Assembly: GCA_038230375.1 (NCBI GenBank)
Contig: JBBRNJ010000012.1
Location: 32,001-96,000 of the forward strand
Origin: Polyangiales bacterium
Lineage (GTDB): Bacteria; Myxococcota_A; Polyangia; Polyangiales; Polyangiaceae
DNA length: 64,000 nucleotides
Direction: 5' to 3'
Part shown: positions 21,446 through 30,133 of the stretch, one piece after another
Layout: the number at the start of each line of letters is the position of its first letter
How positions within the stretch are numbered: the first letter of the stretch is position 1
Notes under the pieces: model-generated
The model's input: only the letters and a program-made list of their open reading frames with translations
Databases searched by the model: none
What the model was told of the DNA's origin: nothing
Program-made: the position numbers and the translations under genes

Positions 21446-23500
21446 ATGGTATCGCGTTTGAAACCTTGGACGAAGCTCCTCCTCAGGCGCGCCTTTCTCG
21501 CCCTCTTTCTCGCCCACCTGCCTGCATGTTCACGGTCCTGCGACGGCTCCGCGGTGAATGAAGCGGATGCGGGAAGCGCAGATGCGTCCTCCGCGTTGTC
21601 GGCCAGCCACCCCGGAGACGATGGGAGCGCGGCCGTGGATGTCGTGGCGGCGGCCTCGCCGAGCCTTTACGAGGCGCCCGCGAAGGACGTGCTCACGGGG
21701 GGGACCGTCGACGGTGCGGCGCTGCGGGAGAAGAACCGCGCGCGGCTCTCGAAGGACCATTCGGCTGTTGCGCTCATTCGCGGCGACGATGTGCGCGCGC
21801 TCGGTGTGCGCATCTGCGAGGCCAAGGTCCCTCAGCGGCCGAAGGACACCAGGATCCTCATCAAGCCGAACATGGGCGGCTTCGAGTGGTTTCGCGATCC
21901 GGCGAAGAACGGCGGTGACGACGGTCTCGCCGGTCGCATCACGCAGCCGGAGTTCGTGCGCGGGATCGTGCAGTGCCTGAAGGCGCGCGGCCACACCAGG
22001 ATCACGATCGCTGAAGGGTGGGGCGCCACGCACAAGGACTGGGAGCACCTCATTCGCGCCTCCGGCTACGAGGCGATGGCGAAGGAAGAGGGCGTGCCGC
22101 TCGTCGCGATGGACGACGACGGCGTGTTCGACGTGGAAGGAGACAAGCCGGGAAAGCCGCTCGCCGTCACGGGCATGGAGAAGACACACATGCCAAAGGT
22201 GCTGCTCCCCAAGCTCCTTGCCGAGCACCTGGACGGCGGTCTCTTCATCTCGGCGCCCAAGCTGAAGGTTCATCGCTTCGGCGTGGTCTCGATCGGCATC
22301 AAGGGAATGCAGGGCGTGGTCATGACGAGCGACGCATCGCCCGCCTTCCACCAGAAGTGGCGCTCGCACCGCGAGCTGTCCGCGGCGCTCGAGGCAGGCA
22401 AGCGCGGCGACGCGGACGCGCGGCAGAAGTACGTCGCGTCGCTGGAGGTGTTCGCGGAGCGCATGACGGACATGCTGGAGCTCGCCGCGCCGGACGTGGT
22501 GCTCGCGGAGGGCGCTCCTGCGATGGGAGGCGACGGCTTCGGCAAGCGCTTCCCGGTGGCGGAGCACGTCGCGCTCGGCGGCACGAACACGATCCTGGTC
22601 GATCGCATCGGAGCTCAATTTCTCGGCCTGTGGGACAACGCGGCGCTCGGTCGTGAGCTCCTCGGACATCGCACCTCGCCGCTCATCGAGATCGCCGCAA
22701 AGCGGTTCGGCGTGGACATCGCTGCGCCCGCGGTCGAGGGTGATGGCGCGCCGCTCCTCGCGAAGCGACGCCCTGCGCGCCTGCTCGGCATGGCCGGCTT
22801 CGAGATCCGGGACGACGTCACCACGGGCGAGAACGCCGATCCGAGCGACGCGGGTGTCGCGCTTCCAGAGATCGTCGCAGCGCGCGCGAGCACACCCCTC
22901 GTCATCGACGGCGATGCAAACGAGGACGCGTGGCGCGCCGCGGTACCGGTCACCTTCGATACGAACACGCGCGGCGAGCACACGGGCACCACCACCACGG
23001 TTCGCGCGCTCTGGTCAAAGGCGTCGCTCACCTTCGCGATCGACATGGACGGCGCAGGCTTCAATGTCGACGAGTCGCGCGCGAAGGACACGGAGCGGGA
23101 GCGCCTCTACGAGGAGGACTGCGCGGAGATCTTCCTTGGTCCCGATCCTGGGCGTCGCACGCACTACTTCGAGATGGAGGTCGGGCCGCTAGGGCACTTC
23201 TTCGACATCGAGATCGATCGCGCGGCAAAGAGCGCGAGCAAGAAGAGCGACATCACGTGGTCGGGCAAGCTCGAGATCGGCGCGCGTCCCGAGCGCGCGT
23301 CGCGTCGCGCCCACCTGGAGATCGCGATCCGTGCGCCCGAGGTCACTGCGGTGCTCGCCCCGAACGCGCGCCTTGCGCTGGGCCTCTTCCGGATGGAGGG
23401 CAAACCCCCGCGTGCCTACCTGGCATGGAGTCCTGCACACACGGAACGGCCGAATTTCCACGTTCCTGAAGCATTCGGCACGTTGCGCCTCTCGCCCTGA
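21446..23500 (+). CDS. Lipoprotein: DUF362 domain fused to CBM9/DOMON-like sugar-binding domain
   Basis: Signal LRRAFL...LPAC; DUF362 motifs ILIKPN, TQPEFVRG, ITIAEG, ISAPKLKVH, GIKGMQG; C-terminal IDGDANEDAW, VRALWS, LYEEDCAEIF, YFEMEVGP, FHVPEAFG. The start may be TTG 21458. Confidence 0.75.
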   Translation: MVSRLKPWTKLLLRRAFLALFLAHLPACSRSCDGSAVNEADAGSADASSALSASHPGDDGSAAVDVVAAASPSLYEAPAKDVLTGGTVDGAALREKNRARLSKDHSAVALIRGDDVRALGVRICEAKVPQRPKDTRILIKPNMGGFEWFRDPAKNGGDDGLAGRITQPEFVRGIVQCLKARGHTRITIAEGWGATHKDWEHLIRASGYEAMAKEEGVPLVAMDDDGVFDVEGDKPGKPLAVTGMEKTHMPKVLLPKLLAEHLDGGLFISAPKLKVHRFGVVSIGIKGMQGVVMTSDASPAFHQKWRSHRELSAALEAGKRGDADARQKYVASLEVFAERMTDMLELAAPDVVLAEGAPAMGGDGFGKRFPVAEHVALGGTNTILVDRIGAQFLGLWDNAALGRELLGHRTSPLIEIAAKRFGVDIAAPAVEGDGAPLLAKRRPARLLGMAGFEIRDDVTTGENADPSDAGVALPEIVAARASTPLVIDGDANEDAWRAAVPVTFDTNTRGEHTGTTTTVRALWSKASLTFAIDMDGAGFNVDESRAKDTERERLYEEDCAEIFLGPDPGRRTHYFEMEVGPLGHFFDIEIDRAAKSASKKSDITWSGKLEIGARPERASRRAHLEIAIRAPEVTAVLAPNARLALGLFRMEGKPPRAYLAWSPAHTERPNFHVPEAFGTLRLSP

Positions 23501-23519
23501 CTCGTTACCGTTGCAGGCG

Positions 23520-25196
23520 ATGTCATTCATCCAGGCGCCCCCCGCCCTCGAGAACCAGTTCGACGACGACCGCGTGCTCAAGGCCTACCTGGCGCGGCGA
23601 CTCCCCGGCGATGCGAGGGCGAGGATCGAAGGTGAGCTACGCGAGATGGGCGCGCTCGCGGTCGGCGAGCTGCTCACCTCGCTCCACGAGGGCCGCCTCA
23701 CGGAGCCCGAGCTCACGCAGTGGGACGCGTGGGGTAACCGGGTCGACCACATCGAGCTCAACGCGCACTGGAAGAAGGCGCGCGTGATCGCCGCGGAGAA
23801 GGGCGTGGTCGCCACGGGCTACGAGAACAAGACGGGCGAGCTGTCGCGCGTTCACCAGTTCGCGTTGGCCTATCTCTTCGAGCCGTCTTCCGGTGTGTAC
23901 TCGTGCCCGCTCGCCATGACGGACGGCGCGGCGAAGACCCTGCTCATGTCCGGCAACAGGACGCTCATCGACCGCGCACTGCCAAAGCTCACGCACCGCA
24001 AGATCGCCGAGTCGTGGACGTCGGGTCAGTGGATGACGGAGCGGACGGGCGGCTCGGATGTCGCCATCAGCGAGACCATCGCAAAGAAGGACGGGGACAA
24101 CTACCGCCTCCACGGCACCAAGTGGTTCACCTCGGCGACCACCAGCGAGATGGCGCTCACGCTCGGGCGGCCGGAGGGCAATCCTCCCGGCGGCGGCGGG
24201 CTTGCGCTCTTCTACGTGGAGACGCGCGACGCGAACAATCGCCTCAACGGAATCCAGATCAACCGCCTGAAGGACAAGCTCGGCACGCGCATGGTGCCCA
24301 CCGCGGAGCTCACGCTCGACGGGGCGCTCGCGATCCCGGTGAGCGGGACCAAGGATGGCATCAAGAACATCACGCCCATGCTCGCGATCACACGCACGTG
24401 GAACGCGGTCTGCGCGGCTTCGGCCATGCGTCGCGCGGTCGCGCTCGCGAAGGACTACGCGAAGAAGCGCGTTGCATTCGGGGCCAAGCTCTCCGAGAAG
24501 CCGCTGCACGTGGACACGCTCGCTGGCCTCGAGGCGGAGTATCAGGGCGCTTTCTTGCTCTCGTTCCGCGCGGTGGAGCTCCTGGGGCGCGAAGAAGCAA
24601 AGACCATCACAGAGGCGGAGTCGGCGCTCGCACGACTCCTGGTTCCGCTCGCAAAGCTGACCACCGGCAAGCAAGCCGTGCATGTTGCAAGCGAGACGCT
24701 CGAGGCGTTCGGCGGTGCTGGCTATGTCGAAGACACGGGCCTGCCGCGCCTCCTACGCGATGCACAGGTGCTCCCTATCTGGGAGGGCACGACGAACGTC
24801 CTCTCGCTCGACGTGCTGCGCGCACTCTCGCGCGACAAGACGGGTGAGCCGCTGGGCCCCATCGCGCGCGAGGTACACAGGCTCACGGAGCGCGCGCCCG
24901 ACTCAGGCACGAAGGAAGCCGCGGACATCGCACGGAGCGCCGTGGCGCACGCCAGCGCGTGGCTCGCGGAGACCTTCGCGAAGGGCATTCCGGAGGTGGA
25001 GCGAGGCGCGCGTCGCTTCGCGCTGACGCTGGGCCGCACCCTGGAGTTGGCGTTGCTCATCGACGAGGCTGCCTGGCAGAAGGAGAACGGACATCCGCCC
25101 GTTGCTGCTGCGGCTGCGCGCCGCCTCGCGAAGAACGGCATCGATCTGCTCACGCAGGAGCCGTCGAGCGACGACTCCGCGCTGCTGGTCCAGTGA
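23520..25196 (+). CDS. Acyl-CoA dehydrogenase, AidB-like
   Basis: CPLAMTDGA, GQWMTERTGGSDV, KWFTSA, RLKDKLG, FGGAGYVED, IWEGTTNV. Confidence 0.9.
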   Translation: MSFIQAPPALENQFDDDRVLKAYLARRLPGDARARIEGELREMGALAVGELLTSLHEGRLTEPELTQWDAWGNRVDHIELNAHWKKARVIAAEKGVVATGYENKTGELSRVHQFALAYLFEPSSGVYSCPLAMTDGAAKTLLMSGNRTLIDRALPKLTHRKIAESWTSGQWMTERTGGSDVAISETIAKKDGDNYRLHGTKWFTSATTSEMALTLGRPEGNPPGGGGLALFYVETRDANNRLNGIQINRLKDKLGTRMVPTAELTLDGALAIPVSGTKDGIKNITPMLAITRTWNAVCAASAMRRAVALAKDYAKKRVAFGAKLSEKPLHVDTLAGLEAEYQGAFLLSFRAVELLGREEAKTITEAESALARLLVPLAKLTTGKQAVHVASETLEAFGGAGYVEDTGLPRLLRDAQVLPIWEGTTNVLSLDVLRALSRDKTGEPLGPIAREVHRLTERAPDSGTKEAADIARSAVAHASAWLAETFAKGIPEVERGARRFALTLGRTLELALLIDEAAWQKENGHPPVAAAAARRLAKNGIDLLTQEPSSDDSALLVQ

Positions 25197-25205
25197 CGGA
25201 GGGAC

Positions 25206-26345
25206 TCAGCCCAGATCGAGCTCTGCGGTCAGGCCGTCGAGCAAGCGGCTCGCGACGTCGCGCGTGGGATGGCCGATCGCCGCGTCGTGATCGCTCGGCT
25301 TGCGTCGCGCGATCTCGTCGCGGAGCGTGGCCAGCGTAGCGTGCCGTGCCGCGCGCACACGCGCAACGTCGTCCGCGTCCAGCCGCGACTCGGCCCACTC
25401 CGCAAGGGCCCACGACAGCGCGGCGTGCGCCGCCTCGTCGGCTGCGATCCTGCCAAGCGTCTCGCGCATCGTGGGGTCGGCGGCGTGGACCGCCTGATAG
25501 GCGAGCAGCGCAGCGCCGAACGTCTCGCGCACGCAACCCTCGCTCGCGTTCTCCGACGCCATGTCAACGAGCGAGCGCGCGGGCTGGGGCCCGAGGCGGG
25601 CCCGCGCAACAACGGCGCCGTGACGACGCGCGAGCGCGCCGAATACCCGGGCGTGACGACGCTCGTCCGTGGTGGCCTTTCGCGCGGCCCTTCGCAAGCT
25701 CTTGGGTGCTCCGTGGAGCGTCAGCTCTACCTCCATTCGCGCGAACGCGAGCACGGCGGCGCGCTCCTCGAACGCCATCGCAGAGAAGTAACGCCCGCTC
25801 GCAGTGGACGGACGGGCCGCACGTGGGGAGCACAAACCCGCGGGCCGTCGGCCGCCACCGCCGATGCAGTCCATGCACTGGACGTTGACGTTCGCGTCCG
25901 GCACGTAGACATCCGCGCCGCAGCTGTCCGCCACGATCCAGCACCCGAGCTGCTGGGGCTGCGCGTCGATCTCGGTGACGCTGAGCACCTGACAGCCGCT
26001 GGTCCGGAGCACGCCCATGATGCCGCACGAGAGCTCGTAGCTGCAGTACGGGTCCGCGTAGGCGTCCTGGTCGGCGTCGTACCCGGAGTCGTGCACGGTC
26101 ACCGCGGAGGTGCAGTTCGCGTCGATGCCGGGCACGGCATCCTTGATCGCGCCGGCGTCCGCGGCGGCCTCGCTCGAAGGCATCACGTCCGTGGCGTGGT
26201 CCATCGTGGCGTCGGTCCCGCCGTCTGCGCCGCTGCCGCCGCTGTCCGTTCCGCACGCCTCCGCCACCGCGAGCGGCGCAAGCGTGGCGAGCAGCGCGCC
26301 GATCAGTCGCTTGAGCCGCCGCTCCTCTTTCGCCACGCTCCGCAT
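25206..26345 (-). CDS. Putative lipoprotein with Cys-rich N-terminal region and C-terminal ferritin-like di-metal domain
   Basis: Signal ending AEAC; Cys-rich region; GGRRP hinge; FEERAAV, DERRH, ENASEGCVRET, DEAAH (two ExxH motifs). Confidence 0.75.
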   Translation of the reverse strand: MRSVAKEERRLKRLIGALLATLAPLAVAEACGTDSGGSGADGGTDATMDHATDVMPSSEAAADAGAIKDAVPGIDANCTSAVTVHDSGYDADQDAYADPYCSYELSCGIMGVLRTSGCQVLSVTEIDAQPQQLGCWIVADSCGADVYVPDANVNVQCMDCIGGGGRRPAGLCSPRAARPSTASGRYFSAMAFEERAAVLAFARMEVELTLHGAPKSLRRAARKATTDERRHARVFGALARRHGAVVARARLGPQPARSLVDMASENASEGCVRETFGAALLAYQAVHAADPTMRETLGRIAADEAAHAALSWALAEWAESRLDADDVARVRAARHATLATLRDEIARRKPSDHDAAIGHPTRDVASRLLDGLTAELDLG

Positions 26346-26347
26346 CC

Positions 26348-29300
26348 CTATTGTCCTATCGCGATTTCGGATTCAAGCAATGCGTCCGACTTGCGAACGA
26401 ACTCCACGAACGAAGCGTAATCATCGCCCGGCATGACGCGGCCCGCCGGAATGTCTACCAGACGGTTCAGGAAGATGGCCTTCCCGCGGATCGAATCGTT
26501 CACCTGCACCACGCGATCCTGGTGCTTCGCCTCACCATGCGGAAGGCTCGACGGCAGCGTAACGCCGTCGGGCACGACGACCTCGAAGTGGACCTCCACA
26601 TGCGACGGGCTGCCGAGCAACATGGGTGTCTGTCGCTTCGGCAGCGTGGCGAGCTCGCCCAGGCGCAGCGGGAAGAGCCCTTTCAGGGTGCGGCGCCCGC
26701 CCTGTGTGCGGACGAGCTCCTTCACCTCTGCGCGCATCTTCACGACGAACGGCTGCGTCACGTCGTCCAGTGCGATGAGCTCCAGCTTGCGCAGCTTGGC
26801 GCCCGGGATGTTGCGGCCAAGGAGCCGCGTCTCCACGAAGTCGTCACGCTGCGCCTCGGGAACACGGGTGAACACGGAGCGCATGCCGATGGCGAGCTTG
26901 CCCGTGTACGTGGACGAGAGGAGCAGGTCCGCGGAGCCGTCGGCGCGCAGATCCGCGCGCCCCTGGAAATCCACGCCGTCCAGCGCGCCCTCGCTCGGGA
27001 TCTTCTCCTGCGGCGTTCCCGCGATCAAGATGGTGACGGGCTGGCCGCGCAGCTCCGCAGGCACGTAGCCGTACGGCGCGAACTTGTCGCGGATCGTGAG
27101 GTAGCGAACGCCGGAGGTCGCTCCTTGCGCCGTGTCCACGCGCAGCACCACGCTGTCGAAGCTCTCTGACTCGCTCATGGGGCCGATGGGGGAGAGCGCG
27201 AGCTTGTTCTTCGCCACGCCGAACTGCACCGGCACTCCGAGCAAGCGGAGGAAGTGATAGAACGCCGACTGCTTCGAGCCGCTCTTTCCGGTGATCACGC
27301 GACGACCGTCGTTCTCGTTGCCGTCCTCCACCTTGTCCATGACGTACTTGTAGACTGCACGGATCTTGTCGTCCGTGCGCGCGATGGAGCCGAACAGGTC
27401 CTTCGACATCTTCTGGAGGCGCGGGTCCAGCGGGATCTCGTCGCTCGTGAGGTCCACGTAGCGCGTGAGCGTGTCGGTGAGCGAGTTGCCCCAGCCGATG
27501 CGCACGCTCGGGAGGAACTCGGTCGCCGGCACCGGATCGGGCTCCTCGGGCGCGGGCGGTGACTCGTCCACGCGCCAGCGCCGTTCGGTGAAGATGCCTT
27601 TGTCCGTGATGGTCGGCTCGGGGACAGCGCCGCGCGTCTCGATCTGCAGCGGCCGGTCCTTTGGCGTGATCGTGATGAACTCGCTGCGCCAGTAGCCCTT
27701 GTCTGGTTCGCGGAAGAACCAGGTGGGGCCACGGTAGATCTTGCCGTGGAGACCGTCGCCGGCTGTGGGGGTGACGTGCTCCATCTCGATGTAGTCGCCC
27801 ACCTCGAGGTGCGGCATGGTCATCGTGGGCTTGCCGGCGACCTCGAGCGGCTCGAGCACGGTTCCATCCGCCTTGATGACGCGGAAGCGAAGCACGAGGC
27901 CGTCGGGCGCCTTCTGCTCCGACTCCTTGCCGATCGCCTCCTGCGACTGGATGCGCTGGATCTCGTGCTCGAGCATCTCGCTCGACCCGTCGGGGTGGAC
28001 GAGCAGCGCCGAGTAGTCCAGGACACGCGCGGCGGTGCCGTCCATGTGCTTGCCGCTCTTCTCCCACGTGATGAAGTCGGCGATGACCTTCTTGCCATCC
28101 ATGCGGTACGGCTCGAGCGCCGTCGCGCCCTCCACCAGCTCCACGGCACTGCGGAGCTCTGTGGTCTTGCCGCCGTTCTGGATCGCCATCGCGAGCGCGT
28201 CGCGAAGCGCGGCGGAATCACCCTTGGCGAACGCGCGGTCCGCGATGCGGAAGCGCGCGGTGGAGTCCGCGGGGTTCTTGGCCAGCGCCTGCTCCAGCTC
28301 GCGCGCGGCCGCGCTGGGATCACCCGAGCGCGAAAGGATGTCCGCCACGCGCGCCGCAATGTCCTTGCGCTCCGGCCTGCGCTTCTCGAGCCGGCGAAGC
28401 TCCGCGATGGCAGAGGGCCAATCGCGACGTGCAAGCGCGCGATCGAGCTGGATCTCCGCGTCGGGCTCCAGCTTCATGATCCGCGCGGCCACCGCGTCTG
28501 CCTCCATCACGGAGCCATCCGCGTCCAGCGCAGTGAGGTATGCACGGAGCGCCCCAGCGTCGCTGGGGAAGCTGTTCTGCAGGTCCTGCAGGGTCTTCAT
28601 GCCCTCCGCGCGCCAGCCGAGCCGCTGATAGATCGCAGCAAGCTCCTCGCGCAGCGCGGGCGTCCGTGGGAACTGCTCCGCGAGCTTCTTGATCGGCTCC
28701 ACGGTCTCGAGCAGACCCTTCTGATCTGCCTGGTCCATGGTGAGCCACGCGCTCGAGTACCAGAGGCTCGGATCCTTCGCGACCGCGCGCGCATGCAGAT
28801 CGTGCTCCTGCTTCCTGCGCGTCTCGTCGCCGTAAATTGGATCGGCGTGCGTGAACGTGGCCGCCATGGAGAGCGCGATCGCCGCCGCGTCGTCCTTCTG
28901 GACGTACGGCTCCAGGATGACGTTCGCCGCATCCGGCAGCGCCTCCACGTTGAGCAGGTACGCCACGAGCGCGGCGCGAACAGGCGCTCCCGCGGTCTTC
29001 TGCTCCACGAAGACGTCGAGCGCGTTCGGGTTCTGCAGCACGGTCATCTCCGACAGACCAAAGGCGGCGCGCGCCTCGGAGCTGGTCGTGACCTTCGCGG
29101 CGGTGCCATCCATGTTGAGGAGACGGATCTGCACGGCGTCGGACGTGGTGGACCCGAGCACGCGATGACGACCAGGCCCCACACGCACGGCCACGCCGAA
29201 GCGCTGCCAGCTGCCCCACTCGCGCGGATCGCGATGGCCGACCTTGACGCCGTCAACCCAGACGTCCACGGACCCTTGCATCGCGACTATCATGTCGCGC

Positions 29301-30133
29301 TGCACCTTGGTCTCCACGAACGTCTCTGCGTAGAAGATCCCATCCTCTGCGCGCTCGGTGCTGGCAACGACGCAGCCGTGCCGCTTGGTGGGCAGGATGT
29401 GGGCGACGCTGCCGCGCATGGGATCCTTCGCCCAGGCCGGCGGCCATGGAGCTTGCTCCGCGCCGAACGAGCGACGTCGATCCGCCGCCACGCCGTGACC
29501 GAATGGTCCCGCGATGCGTACCTCGGTGGCGCACCCCATGCGGGTGGCCATGAGCGTGTCGTGCGCGTCGCCCGTCACCGTGGCGCGCTCGTAAGCGTCC
29601 GACAATGACCAGTCGAACAGCTCCGCGGCGGCGCGCCAGCCAATGTTGCGCGGCGTCTGCACGAGCTTGTCCAGCGTGGCGGCGTGCTTGCCGTAGAGCC
29701 CCGCCACCTGACTACGGAGGTTCTGCAGGTGGTGGGTGGCGAACCACGCGTACAGCGATGCGTCGCGATCGTTCGACGTGCTCGCGGCGGAGAGCGCAGC
29801 GACGTAGCTGTCAGCGGCCTTCTGCGGTTCGCCGTGGGTCTCGTCCCAGAGAGCGCGCGCAGTGCTTGCGCGCATGGCGCCGCCCGCGTCACCGAGCTTC
29901 TTGCGCGCGCCGTCTGCGCGCTTTGCGTCGCCCTGGGGCGAGACCATCTCGTTCATGAGCCACTCGCCGAGCAGCTCCTTGTCCGTGGCGCTCTGCGCGT
30001 CGCTGCGGAGGTCCGCGAGGGACCGTGGAGGCGCGGACTCCTCGAGAACCGGGGTGCACGCGGGCACGCTGGTGGCGGCAACGATGAGCACACCGAGCAG
30101 CCACGCGAAGCCTTGTTTTTGAGGGTATTTCAA
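26348..30133 (-). CDS. Lipoprotein with TPR + DUF3857-like + inactive transglutaminase-like domains
   Basis: Lipobox VPAC; IAGPF beta-sandwich; TPRs; VHPDGS, RVIKADG, MPHLEVGDYIE (DUF3857-like). The TGase core has GKSGSK and FDSVVL in place of GDCKD and FDHAI. Confidence 0.75.
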   Translation of the reverse strand: MKYPQKQGFAWLLGVLIVAATSVPACTPVLEESAPPRSLADLRSDAQSATDKELLGEWLMNEMVSPQGDAKRADGARKKLGDAGGAMRASTARALWDETHGEPQKAADSYVAALSAASTSNDRDASLYAWFATHHLQNLRSQVAGLYGKHAATLDKLVQTPRNIGWRAAAELFDWSLSDAYERATVTGDAHDTLMATRMGCATEVRIAGPFGHGVAADRRRSFGAEQAPWPPAWAKDPMRGSVAHILPTKRHGCVVASTERAEDGIFYAETFVETKVQRDMIVAMQGSVDVWVDGVKVGHRDPREWGSWQRFGVAVRVGPGRHRVLGSTTSDAVQIRLLNMDGTAAKVTTSSEARAAFGLSEMTVLQNPNALDVFVEQKTAGAPVRAALVAYLLNVEALPDAANVILEPYVQKDDAAAIALSMAATFTHADPIYGDETRRKQEHDLHARAVAKDPSLWYSSAWLTMDQADQKGLLETVEPIKKLAEQFPRTPALREELAAIYQRLGWRAEGMKTLQDLQNSFPSDAGALRAYLTALDADGSVMEADAVAARIMKLEPDAEIQLDRALARRDWPSAIAELRRLEKRRPERKDIAARVADILSRSGDPSAAARELEQALAKNPADSTARFRIADRAFAKGDSAALRDALAMAIQNGGKTTELRSAVELVEGATALEPYRMDGKKVIADFITWEKSGKHMDGTAARVLDYSALLVHPDGSSEMLEHEIQRIQSQEAIGKESEQKAPDGLVLRFRVIKADGTVLEPLEVAGKPTMTMPHLEVGDYIEMEHVTPTAGDGLHGKIYRGPTWFFREPDKGYWRSEFITITPKDRPLQIETRGAVPEPTITDKGIFTERRWRVDESPPAPEEPDPVPATEFLPSVRIGWGNSLTDTLTRYVDLTSDEIPLDPRLQKMSKDLFGSIARTDDKIRAVYKYVMDKVEDGNENDGRRVITGKSGSKQSAFYHFLRLLGVPVQFGVAKNKLALSPIGPMSESESFDSVVLRVDTAQGATSGVRYLTIRDKFAPYGYVPAELRGQPVTILIAGTPQEKIPSEGALDGVDFQGRADLRADGSADLLLSSTYTGKLAIGMRSVFTRVPEAQRDDFVETRLLGRNIPGAKLRKLELIALDDVTQPFVVKMRAEVKELVRTQGGRRTLKGLFPLRLGELATLPKRQTPMLLGSPSHVEVHFEVVVPDGVTLPSSLPHGEAKHQDRVVQVNDSIRGKAIFLNRLVDIPAGRVMPGDDYASFVEFVRKSDALLESEIAIGQ

